From Podarcis pityusensis (taxonomy: Eukaryota), in NCBI GenBank assembly GCA_964106645.2, contig OZ067052.1: a DNA stretch of 64,000 bases, one strand, 5' to 3'. Of the stretch, positions 11,101 to 24,750 are shown piece by piece. The position numbers and the translations under genes were made by a program. The stretch's first letter is position 1, and the number at the start of each line of letters is the position of its first letter. The notes under the pieces are model-generated. The model worked only from the letters and a program-made list of their open reading frames with translations, was not told the origin of the DNA and searched no databases.

Positions 11101-14100
11101 GGATGGCTTCTTGGTGGAGTTGGCCGAGGGCTCCCGCAAGCTGCGCCACGTCTTCCTCTTCACAGACGTCCTTCTCTGTGCCAAGCTGAAGAAAACGGGC
11201 GTGGGGTGAGGCCCGGGGGAGGTCTAGATGAGTAGGGAAGAACAGGGCACTGGGACGGAATCCTGACCTTCCTTTGCACTTTGTCCATAGCAGAATGATT
11301 GATTATTTAATTTCTATACCGCTTAATATACTTAAAATATCCCTAAGTGGTATAACTTGGAGTTACTTGCAGGGACTGAATCTGGGAGCTTTTGCATGCA
11401 GACAGTGTGCTCTGCCACTGAGCAAATGTTTGTTCTTTAAAAATGAAGTTAATACCCCAGTCCACATGGTTCTAAATAAAAGGGTGCTTCAGATGGGAGT
11501 GTAGCAAGTGGCCTGATACTGTTTGTCAATCTAACTTACCATTCTCTATACTGACTGGCAGCGGCACTCCAGGATTTCAGGCAGGAAATATTTCCCAGGC
11601 GTTCTTGGAGATTCCAGGGACTGAATCTGGGACCGTCTGCCTGGAGTTGCTGCCAGTGAGCTTCATCTGTTCCCCTAGAAATAAAGTCAAGGTTCCAGTC
11701 CTCATGATTCTGAACTGAGAGCTGGTTTTAAAAGGAACATAGGAAGCTGCCTTATACGGTGGCATCTAGTATTGTCTGCACTGACTGGTAGCAGGGTTCC
11801 AGACAGGGCACAGTCGCAGCCTTACCTGGAGATGCTGCTAGGGGTTGAACCTTCTGCATTCAGTGCAGATGCTTTGCAGCACTGAGCCACGGTCCTTTCA
11901 CTTGGCCTGTATAGTTCCATACTGCCTACACTGGCCGGCAACAGCTCTGCAGGGTCTGGGGCAGGAGTCTTTTCCTCGGCCTGCGGTCCAAATGGGGATG
12001 GGGCCGTGTGGATCACTGGGGTTGCCCAGAATGAGCTCTTTGTTTCCTTCCCAGGAAACACCAGCAATATGACTGCAAGTGGTACATGCCCTTGGCCGAG
12101 CTGGTGTTCCCGTCGCTGGAGGAGTCGGACTCCTGCCCACACGTCCATGCCATGCCCGACCACGACCTGGAGGACATGAAGATAAAGATCTCCTCTATGA
12201 AGAGCGAGGTGCAGAAGGAGGTATGCCCTGGGGCAGGCTAAAAACACCCTTGCTGGATCATATGGAAAGGTCCATCTACCTCTACCCCAGTATTCTGTTT
12301 CCAGTGCAGGCTGGCAAGATGCCTTTTGGAAACTCCACCAGCCGGCTTTGAAACAGAATCGCTTTCCGGTCATTGGATTCCTGTACTTAGTGACTTCCCA
12401 AATTTATATCCGAGACAGCAGTATAGCTAAGGAGGAGGCCACAGGGTACAGGACCCCGGATCTTTTTCTAAGTGCCCCAAAGAGTGTTTGTGTGAGAGAC
12501 TGAGTTGTGGGGAGATCTGAGTGACTGGGTGGGATATTAATTGGGGAGAAGAAGTTTGGTTTTCTCTGTCTAGAGATGATTTAGGGACTGAGGAACAGGG
12601 ACAGTTGAATGGATCTGGAGCAAGATCTCTTGGGGAAATTAATTTGAGGGGAGTAAATGATTTGAAGAATTTGCTCTAAGGTGATTCGGATGGAAAATTA
12701 GTTGATTTTGTTCTGTTTTGAGAGTTAAAGCCTAAAATTGCATCTATTCAGTTATTTATTTAATAGCAATCATAATCTACTTAATATTTTAAAAATCTCT
12801 AGGTGGTGTGTAGTCTAACAAAACCCCAAACAATGTACAGTATCATTAAAGCAAGAACATAAACACAATCTAAAACTACTATTATTAGGAATGATTATCC
12901 ACCATTCACCCAAAGGTCCAAGGGCAGGTTACCACAATTAAGACACAATATTAAGACACATTATTAAAAGTCGTTTATAAATGTGAATAAAAGAAACCCA
13001 GAAGGTTCTAGCACATGAAACGAGGTCCAATTTTATGAGTCGGGGGAAAGCTTGGGAATAAACATAGGTGTTAGCGTAATGTATCAGCACGTGCATATTT
13101 TATGCAGATTGGTCTCATCCCTGAATCTTTTATGTGACCCACCGATGCCCCTGGTCCCAAATGGAAGAGAATTGTGTGTCAAACATTGTTCCTTCCCCTC
13201 TTTCCCAGAAGGCGAACAAGGGTCAGAGCCGAGCGATGGAACGGCTAAAGAAGAAGATGTTTGACAACGAGTTCTGGCTCCTGCTCAACTCCCCATCCAT
13301 CCCCTTCCGGATCCACAACCGCAATGGGAAAGTACGGACAGATGAGTCGTGCCTGGGTAGGGGTGGGGCTGTGGGCGGGAAGAGAGAGGCAGGCGTCTCC
13401 TCTGATTGGCAGCTGCTTTCTGGGGTCCTGGGCAGAGAAGGGTCTTTACAGTTGCTGATCTTTTATTTTAATTGGACCTTCTGCATGCAAAGCAAGCGTT
13501 CCACCTCTGAGCGACAGCCCTTTTCCTAAATCAGCAGAGCAAGACCCCAGTCCTCATGGTTCTGATTTAAATAAGTACGTGGGAAGCTGCCTTATACTGA
13601 GTGAGGCCACATTGGTCCATCTCGCTCAGTATTGTCTGCACTGACTGGCAGCAGCTCTCTGGGGTTCCAGCTCTGCCTGGAAATGCCACTGGGGATTGGA
13701 CCTGGGACCTTCTGCAAGCAAAGCAGGTGCTCTGTCACTGAGCCTCCCTAAAGAACATAGGAAAATGCCTTAAGTTAGGACAGAGGTTATATTTTCTGGG
13801 AATCCTCCAAAAAAAAAAAAAAAAAATCTCTCAAAGGACCTGTTGATGGCATTTTACCATAGTACTGTTGAGACTGCATTAACTTATGGTCTGTGTGTCT
13901 GGTTTGGGAGCTGCATAGTCAGGGAAAAAACAATGCTGTCCAGGGTTGTAAAGACTGCGGAGAGAATAATTGGGCGCACTCTTCCCACCTTGGATCAAAT
14001 CTACGCTTCCAGGTGTCATAAGAAAGCTGCAGAGATGGTGCAGGATAGTGTGCACCACGGAAATGATCTCTTTCAGCTTCTGCCTTCTGGAAGAAGGTAC

Positions 14101-17100
14101 AGGGTTATAAAGACTAGGACTAGCCGCCTGAGAAACAGTTTTTTATCCAAATGCGATTTTGGTTTTAAACGCAGTGTAAGGTAGTCTCTATGGGAGTATA
14201 TTGTATTTAATTATGGGGTATCAGAGTTTTTAGGGGGCTAACCAGGCTGGGATAGCAGGCTTGTTGGTTTTGAATGTTTGATGTAGATTTTTTCAATTTC
14301 GTTGTTCTGTATGGGACAATGACAATAAAGATTATCGTATCGTATCATCAGGCTATCTGTCCACCTAGTCCAACATTTTCTTCCCTTGACTGGCAGCAGC
14401 TCTCCAGCAGAGAAGAGTCTTCTCCGTGATCTGCTACCCCCAGGCCCTGCCCCAAAACTCTGATCTTCCTCCTCTTTGTGTGGGCCATGTGCTCTCTCTT
14501 TCTCTCTCTCTCTCTGCTCTTTGGGAAGCAGGGAGCTCCTATGTTTGCCACCCAGGCTGAGCACCATCCTGCTTTTCTTCCAGAGCTACCTGTTCCTGCT
14601 TTCTTCTGACTACGAGCGAGCAGAGTGGAGGGAGGCCATCCAAAAGCTGCAGAAGAAAGGCAAGAGATTCTTGTTGTGGTAACATCTCCCCCCTCACAAC
14701 CTGGCAGTGCCCAGCCTGACCACTAGCATTACCTGAATGCCCAGTTCAAGAAGGGAGTGGGAGGCTTCGGGCCTGAGGCCCCAGACCCTTCCTTCCACGA
14801 CTGGCTTCCCAAAAACCCTACAGTTTTCTTTGGCCTCTGGCTAATCTGGTGACTGCGGGGTCATGTGGATGGGGGTTCCAGGGACCAGTTTCTCTAGACT
14901 AGTGGGGGTTTGAGGGAGGGAAAATAAGGTAAATTTATTTGCTTAGCCATAAGCCATAACCACAATACTAAAATAAAGTCCAAAGGGGTCATTTCATGTA
15001 TTCTACAGCAGAAAGCTGGTTTCAGCTTTTAAACATATGCTGAAAACTAAGAATGCGTCTTTCCACAATAGTTAATTGATGTCTGATTTTAATTCTTGGA
15101 ACGGTTTTTATTGTATGCTTTTATCTATTATTGTAAACCGCTTTGATATTTTTCAATGAAATAGCGGTATATAAATATTTTTATAAATAAGTATTTGATG
15201 AGATAATAGTGCATTAGCCCTGGATTTATGCTAGGCTGTCCATATGTCATTCTACTTTATTCATTTATTCTGCAATGCTTCCCCAATGTGACCACGTTAT
15301 TGCCATCCCGAGGAGCCCTCTTGCGCTTTATAGTGCAACAAAAGTAAGACCAGAAATAAGCTGTTTGTGGCATGAAATGTGAACAAGATTTCAGCAGGAA
15401 GCTGCAGCACACACAGCCATTCGAACTGAAGCAGAACGTCTGCCCCAAAATATTTATTTATTGCATTTATATTCTGCCTTTTTCTCCGATGAGCTCAAGG
15501 TGGCAGAAATGGTTCCCTGCCTCTGTTTATTCTCACAACAACCCTGTGAGGTAGATTAGGTTGACAAAGGCAGTGAGCATCATGGCCAAGTGGGGATTTG
15601 AACCCTGGTCACTCCCAGGTCCTAGTCCGACACGCTAACCACTACACCTTGCAGGCAGGTTTGCAGGTAGCTGACCAGATGATATCAACGAGGACCAATC
15701 ATCACTAATGGGCAATAAAAAGGATGCCCAGAGGGGCTCTTGGTGGGTCTCCCTAGTGTTAACTCTCTGCTGCCCCCTGGTGACCATCTCCTGCAGAAGC
15801 AACCAGAGATTCTTTGTAATGCAATGTGTTTGGTCTCATACTGGACTGTAACCCACAAATTCTTCTCTGTGTTCTAAACCGACTTCTTTTATCCCTGCAC
15901 GATAGATCTCCAGACCTTTGTGCTGAGCTCTGTGGAGCTGCAGGTCCTGACAGGGTCGTGCTTCAAGCTACGCACCGTTCACAACATTCCCGTCACCAGC
16001 AATAAGGACGGTGAGTGATGCCTTTGCCTTCCTTCTCCTAGGAAATCTCTCTCCCCCCCCCCACTGCCCCCACTACCACTTGGATGCCTTCTGCTTCACT
16101 GTGAGATGGAATTGGCCAGCATTTCTGAGAAGCCCAAGGGCTGTGGCGCCCCCTCTTCCCCTACCACTCCCCCACCCAACAAGTTGAAGGTCGTGGAAAG
16201 GGTTAATCACTGAGGTTTGGTGTCTCATTCAGAGGTGCACCAGTGTTCTGAGGGCTCCTGTGGGACCCCTCTAATTTATTTCGCAGGTTGCCTGATCCTA
16301 GATTAGATTAGATTAGACTGGCCTTGACCAGAGCCAGGGCCTTTTTGGCCGTGGCCCCGGCCTGGTGGAACGCTCTCTCACAAGAGACCAGGGCCTTGTG
16401 GGATTTGACATCTTTCAGCAGGGCCTGCAAGACGGAGCTGTTCCGCCAGGCTTTTGGTCGGGGCTCAGTCTGATTCTTTTCTTTCTGTATAAGACCAAGC
16501 ATTCAAGAGGCCTCCTGGCCCGCTCACAGGTCCTTTATCAGACCAGTGGTAACAGTTGGCCCTGGAGAATATTAACCACTCTCAATTTTACTGTGGACTG
16601 CCATCTGTCCAGATTTTAATTTGCTCTGAACTAATTTTAAGATGTATTTTAATTAATTTATTGCCTGTTTTTATGCTCTTATGTTCTTTGTATACTGTGT
16701 TAGTTTTATGATGTTAGCCACCCTGAGCCCAGCTCCAGCCAGGGAGGGCGGGGTACAAATAATTTTTTTTTTTTTTATTATCCTGTGAATGGAGTGACAT
16801 GGGTGGCGGGGGGGGGGGGAGCAGTGGTGACTGATCCATTAGGGCAAGCGGAGCACTGTCTCACCAGTCTTGGTCTGCCCTAGAATTAGTTGGCAGCACC
16901 TTCCATTGGCTCTGGCGCCACCTACTGTCAGGCTCCCTGCCTTCTACTCTACCAGTCCCAGTGGGCACCAGCTGCCATAAAGCAGTGCTGTACACTTTTG
17001 CCTACAGCCAAGTGCAGAAATGCTCCAATTGCCCTGTCCTCCCCCTTGCTGAGATTCTGCCACCACCAGAAGTAGAAGAACCACACAGCTCATGCCAGTT

Positions 17101-20100
17101 TGGGTACCAGTCCAGGGCCTGCCCAAGCAACAAAAGTTGCCAACCATGTCCTACAGGCCTCAGGTTATAGGCCGCATCTCTGTGTTTACGGGTTTACATC
17201 TCTGTCCCACCACTAGATGCCGCCATGTATATAAGGCTGTGTCTCTTATCCCCGCAGTGTGTTTCTGAGATTCCTGACATCATGGCTAAACTGCCTTCCT
17301 GTGTTCTCTGTGTTCTTCTGTCTTTGTTTTATTATTATTAATTATTTTATATATAATAATTTATATTTTTTATATATAATAATATAATTTTATATATTAT
17401 TATTATTCATTATTCTGTCTTTGTTTTTATTATTATTATTAATTATTATTATTAGCAGAGGCATAGTGGCATTTTTTTAAAAAAAGTTTGTTTTATACAT
17501 TTTTATAGAATAAACAAAACATGTAATGTTCAATTAACCTTCATCCAAAGTGTGAAAGAAAATCGCATTAACAGTTTTGGGGGCACTTTCTATCCCATTG
17601 AGATTTCCACTGTGTTGTGGGTTATTTTCAGCGGCATTTACAAGCAACAAAAACTTGTATCTTTTAAAGGGAAAAAGTTATGAAAATATGGTAAACTGTC
17701 TAGAAATCCTTTCGTTACAGCTGAGAACTAACATTAGGAGTGTTGTGGAGTGTTTTTTCTGACCCCATTAAGAAACCCAAAAAAATCATCTTTGGTTAAG
17801 AGAAATCAAGTTTGTGCCAACCTTTTGACACCCCACACGCTTTCGTGACCTTTTTCTGGCGGATTCCCTAGGGGAAAATGAGGGAGTGCTTTACTCCCCT
17901 AGCCCACTAACATTGGCTGAGTTAGTATACGCACCCCAATGGCAAAATTCAACGCATTTGGAGGTCATCTTATGCCTCGGGTGGTTTTGTGTTTCCAGAA
18001 GGGGAAAGCAATAAATGGTAAAGGGCTGAAATTTGGGGAGCTTGTACAGGTGACAATTTGTGGCAATTCCCTGGATGGCCTGCTCTGCAGCTGTATGTGT
18101 GAAAGGTGTGCTGGGGCTGGGGGCTTTGGTCCTCACAGATCAGATGAAGGTTAAAAGAATCACCACAGGTGCCCAGATTAAACGTTGCAGCCCTACCAAA
18201 GCTGCCTTTTAGCAGCGTCGATCTTACTTGGTGTGGACTAAGACAACCCTTCTGAGTCTTCTTCCATTAGTCATTTCCTGGGCCCTTTAATTAATTGCTT
18301 CAACTTAGCAGCCCAAGCAGTTCCACTCAAAGCTTGTTCAAATAATAATGATTGCAACCGGAAAAACAAACAAACAAACAAATCTAATAGCTTTCTCTTT
18401 GGGTGGTTCTTTGTTTCTCCACAGATGACGAATCTCCTGGGATGTACGGCTTCTTACATGTTATCGTCCACTCTGCCACGGGCTTCAAACAATCTGCTAG
18501 TGAGTGCTGCTTCTGGGTTTTTTTTGGGGGGGGGGGATGTCTGCATTTTTGGTTTCTCCCCTGCCCCGTTCTGTGATTTGAGCCAGCAGTGGCTTGGCAT
18601 AGGAAGGGGCCAGAGATTGCAACTGCTGCTTCTTGCTGCTTGGCCTTTTCTGCAGGCTCCACTGAGCTACCACCTGTCAAGGAGCTGGGGGCTTCCCTCT
18701 CCCTCCTGCTTTGCTCTTCAGGCCCCTCCCTTATCGACCTGATTTTTATTTTTTGGCTTTCTGTTTGAGATCTTCCCAGGCTCGTTTCACCCTCAGATGA
18801 AGCGGCAAAGTGCAGGCTAACAAATCAGCAAACACCATCTCTCAGGCTGCTCTTGGCTTCTAGTGCAATTCTGGGGGTGGTGTTTGTTTGCTAAATAGAT
18901 ATTCTGCATCTGAAGAAGCTGGAAAAGTGGTGATTCTGAGCCAGCCAATTCCCCATTTAAAGAAATATTTGTCTGTTTTTAATTGTGCACGTCTTACTCC
19001 CATCAGTCCATTAACTTACCACAGTTGCTTATAAGAAAATATGATAATTCTGGAACCTAAAGGCTATGCAAGACTTCTCTTGCTTTTAGACAAAAGCACG
19101 GCTGGGTTTGTCACAACGGCGTCTTTGTCTGTAGAGCATGAGACAGTAAATCTCAGGGTTGTGGGCCTGAGCCCCATGCAGGGCAAAAGATTCCTGCCTT
19201 GCAGAGGGTTGGACTAGATGACCCTCGGGGTTCCTTCCATCTCTACAATTATTTGATTCATCTAGGACTAATGACGAGTCCGCCCTGCGTAGAACTGTGT
19301 TAGATTACAACGCCGTAGAATTATTATTACTGCATTTATTTATTTGTTTTAATTAACCTGCTGGCTGATTGAGCAATCAAAAGCATTTGATCCATCAGTT
19401 AATCTAACTGATCGGTTTTCAGTGGTGCCCTTCCCAGTTAGAAGTATCCAGTCTTCCCCCCTTGAGGTGCAGGGTGGCAGGAAGATTGCCTCACATGTCT
19501 CTTCTCCCTATTCCCAGACCTCTACTGCACGCTGGAAGTCGACTCTTTCGGCTATTTTGTCAGCAAAGCCAAGACACGGGTGTTCCGGGACACGACCGAA
19601 CCCCAGTGGAATGAGGTGAGCAAGCCTAGTCCTCACAGTTCTGAATTAAGGGCTGGTTTCAATGAGAACACCGGAAGCTGCTCTGTCCACCAGCCCATCA
19701 AGTTCAGTGTTGTCCAAACTGACCGGCAGCAGCTCTCCAGGGTTTCAGGCTGGGAGTCTTATACCAGCCCTACCTGAAGACGCCGTTGTGCACTGGACCT
19801 GGGACTTTCTTCATGCAAAGCCAAAGCTCTGCCACTGAGCAACAGCTCTTCCCCTAAAAATAAAGCAAGATTCTAGTCCTCATGCTTCCAGATTAAGGGC
19901 TGATTTAAATCGTAACATTGGAAGCTACCTTTTTAACCCAAGTTGTTGAGCTACCCACAGATGAGAAGAGGCGTTCTTTTTAACTGCCTTGGTTTTTATT
20001 TTATTTTTTAAATTTAATGCTCCTTGATGCTTAAGGAGGTGGAGGAGTAAGAATGTGCCTCTCACTGCTAGCCCCTCAAGCCTCAAGCGCCCTATTCTGC

Positions 20101-21657
20101 TGCGCATGCGTCCTCCCTCTGGCTGCGCTCACTCCGTTGCGGAAGGGAGACTCTCAAAGGCTGGATGGTCACTCTAGGTGGTCACTCTGCCCAGCTCCAT
20201 CAGGAATAGATAAATAAAAAAAGCGATAAAACCTGCGAACTCCCCCCACCCAGAAAACCCGAAAATGGGCAGGTTCATGTTGACGGCGTCACCTCCCTCC
20301 CCCGCCACCTCCCTCTCCTCCACCAGCCTAGGGAAGTGACCTCTTGTCACTTCCACTGCTGGCGGGGCACAGCCTCCCCCAGAATTTTTTTTTTAAACAC
20401 CCCCCAAAAATGGAAAACCCCCGGGGGGGGAGGTTGCCATACGTCCCAGAAATTCCTGACATCTCTTAAAATTCAAAAAAAATTCCCCTGGACGCCATTT
20501 TAGGCGTCCAATTTCTGTACATGTCTGGAATTTTTCAGACGCATGGCAAGCCGCTCAATCAGATCATCTGGTTTAGTGTTGTCCGCACTGATTGGCAGCA
20601 GCTCTCTCGGATTTCAGACCAGGAGGGACATTCCCAGCCCTACCTGAAGGTGCTAGAGATTGAACCTGGGACCTTCTTTATGCAAAGACAATTGACTGCC
20701 AATACTGTCCACCCCGACTGTATACCCAAAGGAGCGTCTCCATCCCCATTGTCCAGCCCGGTCACTGAGGTCCAACTCCAAGGGCCTTCTGGCAGTTTCC
20801 TCACTGCAAGAAGTGAAGTTACAGGGAACCAGGCAGAGGGCCTTCTCGGTGGTGGCACCCTCCCACCAGATGTCAGAGAGAGAAACAATCATATGAGTTT
20901 TCGTAGACATCTAAAGGCAGCCCTATTTTAGTAAGCTTTTAATGTTTGTATTTTGTTGGAAGCCACCCAGAGTGGGTGGGGCAACCCATTCAGATGGGCA
21001 GGGCATAAGAAATAAATTATTATTACTATTATTGTTATTGTTATTATGACCGGCAACAGCTCTCCAGTGTTTCAGGGAAGGGACGTTCTCAGTCCTACCT
21101 GGAGAAGCTGTCGGAAATTGAAACCTGAGACCTTCTGCATGTAAAGCAGAGGCTCTTGCTGAGCGATGGTCCTTCCCTGAGCGACACAGCAAACACGCCC
21201 ATCTCCCCACCCTTCCCAGTGTCCCCACTCACTCTCCTCTTCTCCCCTCTTTGCTCTGCCCCACTTCTGCAGGAGTTTGAGATTGAGCTGGAGGGCTCGC
21301 AGTCACTGCGGATCCTCTGCTACGAGAAATGCTACGACAAGAGCAAGATGAACAAGGACAACAACGAGATCGTGGACAAGATCATGGGCAAGGGGCAGGT
21401 CCAGGTAGGGCCACGCGGGCATGAGAGTGGGAAGGGGAACGGGCATTGTGGAATTTTGCAGAGATGGCATCTAATACCGCCATACCACCATACCACCCTC
21501 CACGTTGCAAACACCCGTATGCAGAAAGCTAGCACCTCAAGAAGAGATGCATTCATGTTGTCCTGCCCCTGAAGCTCAGCGATACCACCCCAGCATGTAG
21601 TACGAAGTGACGGAAGAATCACAAAAGTGGAGTTGTTTTGGGGGTTTTTTTGTGGTG

Positions 21658-21688
<31 letters not shown>

Positions 21689-24600
21689 AAAATGGGTGAG
21701 ACGTCTGCCTCCTAATGGGACAGTCTCTGGTACATATTGCCAAGGCGGTGGTAGTTATCTTGGAGAAGGTAAGTGAGAGAACATGTGGGATGTTCCTTGG
21801 TGTGAGGCAGTGTTTTGTTTCCAAGCCACAAGGTCTTCTTGGTTGTTGCTTTTCAGCAATGAGGCAGAGGGCCTTCTCGGTAGTGGCGCCCGCCCTGTGG
21901 AACGCCCTCCCATCACGTGTCAAGGAAATAAATAACTCTCTGACTTTTAGAAGGCATCTGAAAGTAGCCCTGTTTAGGGACGTTTTTAATGTTTGATCTT
22001 TTATCATGTTTTTAATATTCTGTTGGGAGCTGCCCAGAGTGGCTGGGGAAACCCAGCCAGATGGGAGGGGTATAAATAATATATTACTACTGCTACACTA
22101 CTACACAGTGGGTGGCGCTGTGGGTTAAACCACAGAACCTAGGACTTGCCGATCAGAAGGTAGGCAGTTCGAATCCCCGTGACGGGGTGAGCTCCCGTTG
22201 CTCGGTCCCTGCTCCTGCCAATCTAGCAGTTCGAAAGCACGTCAAAGTGCAAGTAGATAAATAGGTACCGCTCCGGTGGGAAGGTAAACGGCGTTTCCAT
22301 GCTCTGCTCTGGTTAGCCAGAAGTGGCTTAGTCATGCTGGCCACAAGACCTGGAAGCTGTACTCCGGCTCCCTCAGCTAATAAAGCAAGATGAGCGCCAC
22401 AACCCCAGAGTCGTCAGCGACTGGACCTAACGGTCAGGGGTCCCTTTACCTTTACTACTACTACTACTACTACCTTGCCTTCCTTTTTAAAAGTGAGTGC
22501 CCTTCAGGCCATTATTGGCAATCCTTGCTCCAGGGATCACATGCCTTGTTTGGGGGCATTGATCAAGAGGCCCTTTGCTCCTCCACTTGCTAGGATGCCA
22601 AAGCGACACAGTTCAACCCGTCTCCCTGGGTGCCAAGCTGCAGGCGGCACCACTTCCTTTGTGCCACTCTGCCAGGCTCTCCGTGGGTGGGCTTGCTTTT
22701 TCCTCTTTCCTCTCTGGCATGCTGCGGCTATGTCTGGCTTCCTGCTTCTTGTCTCCAGCCCATCTGTATGTTCGCAAGCACGTTCTGGAGTGTATCTGGT
22801 CTCCGACAAGGGGCGCAAATTGTACTTGGCTTGCAGAGGGTCAAATCTTGGCATCAAAGTGGAATACGTCTAGTTCTAGAAATGTGGTTCTTTGGAGTCT
22901 TAACGCCCTTCAGGGTGGCTTTGCATCAGATAAAAAAACCTGTGGCACATTTATGCAGGGAGAGTTCCCTTCTCCTAGGCCTGTGTGATGGTCTCTCCCT
23001 AGCACAGCCTTTGCTGAACAGATGCCTTATAGATGTGCAGGACTAGCTGGGGCTGATGGGAGATGGATTCCAAAACATGGATGGAGCTGGTGGGAATTGT
23101 AGTCGAAAACAGCTGGCCGTGCCAGCTGTAGCTGATGGCAGCTGGACTCCAAAAGATCTGGAGGCCCCAAACTGGCAAAGGGCTTCCCTGGTACAACTTA
23201 CTTTGTGGACTCTCTATTCAGTTTCAGTGAATTTTATCTGCAAAGGTAACTCACTCTTTCCAAATTTTGGCGGACACCACCTGCAGTTTTTAGGGAGACT
23301 AAGTTTCCAAGTGACTCACATCTCTACTGTTGTACGATTGACCTAGTTCTCTATTTACTCGGCTGTCCTCTGACCCAGGGAGAGAAATACCCTGCTGGCT
23401 TTTCAAAGATGTGTCTCAAATGGCCCATCCTTCAAAAAGGGAGATGATTTGTTCTTCGGTGATGATTCCAGAATAATGTAGAGTTGCCACTATTTTAAAA
23501 AACTGGCACAGGCTGAGGCACCATCAGAGTCTGTGAGCAGACTGACTGTTTTGCTGGGTGTCTGAGTGTTCTCATAGCAATGTGTTGTCTGCTTTTGGGT
23601 TTTGGTTTATTTTTCTAAGTTTTTTTCTGAGGTGCAATAGAAACTTAAATTGCCACAGGATAGTTTTGGGGAGGGGTGTGGAGGAAACCTGGATCCAAAG
23701 ACCTGTACAAAGCTTCAGTGTGAGTTTTCTTCATCTACATTTGAATGCTGGGACTCTGGTGCCATATCTTGCAAACACAATTTTATTTGTTTGTTTGTTT
23801 GTTTCATAAAATTTATAACCAGTTGATGGTAAAAAGAAACAAAACCCTCAAGCGGCTTACAAAAAAGATAAAACAATAAAATTATCCATTAGAAAATTCA
23901 CAACAATAATTTCAGACTTTCAACAAGTTAAAATAGCAATAGACTAAAATCAGATTAAAACTCATAAGAATTTAATAAGTACCTGTCTGCTGGATCAGGC
24001 CAAAGGGGGCCCACCTAGTCCAGCATCCCTTCTCCTTGAATTATCCAATCCTCTTTCAAAGCCATCCCCGCCTCTTGCAGCAGTGAGTTCCACAGTTTAA
24101 CTTCTGGCTGCCTGACAAAGTCCTTATTTGCATATGTCTCAAATCTCCCAGCTGTTTTTCCAGTGAGGTGCCCAAGCAGCATGAGGAGGGAGTCTGCTGT
24201 TTGAGACATGCAAGTCCCATACCCTCCCAAGCAGGGCTGCATGCAACCATTCAGGACAGATAAAATGAAGGCTTTATTCATGCAAGCGCATAGTTAAACT
24301 CTCTCTCACAGGAAGCAGTGATGGTCACTAACTCAGGTGGCTTTAAAAGCGGATTAGACAAATTCATGGAGGAGGAGGGGAATATCAAAAGCTACCAGCT
24401 TGTGGTCTTCCATTTGGGTCACCTGCTTGGCCCCTGTGAGAACAGGTTACTGGACTAGATGGGTCACTGGCTTGATCCATCAGACTCCTCTTAACTGAGT
24501 AGCCCCTTGGGTCTGGGCCAGGAACCATTGGGAAGAAAGTGGCATCTTTTCCCTCTGCTGCCCTGCCCTGACTGGAGAAGGGGCAACAGTGGAAATTCTC

Positions 24601-24713
24601 CCTCCTTATGAATCAGTTGAAGCAGATATATCTAAACAATTGGAGCAAGCCTGCTCTGCTCCCAGGACTGCCTTCTGCCTGCTTTTCCAGCCCCTCCCCC
24701 CCACTCCTCCGAT

Positions 24714-24750
<37 letters not shown>

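Noticed and set aside
13206-13211. NAGNAG acceptors (CAGAAG here; CAGGAG at 1512 and 21270)
   Set aside because: A distal AAG or GAG is rarely used after a proximal CAG; cannot be supported from sequence
11365-19927. CRISPR-like or prokaryotic repeat array
   Set aside because: Eukaryotic intron; the repeats are degenerate SINE units with irregular spacing and there are no cas genes
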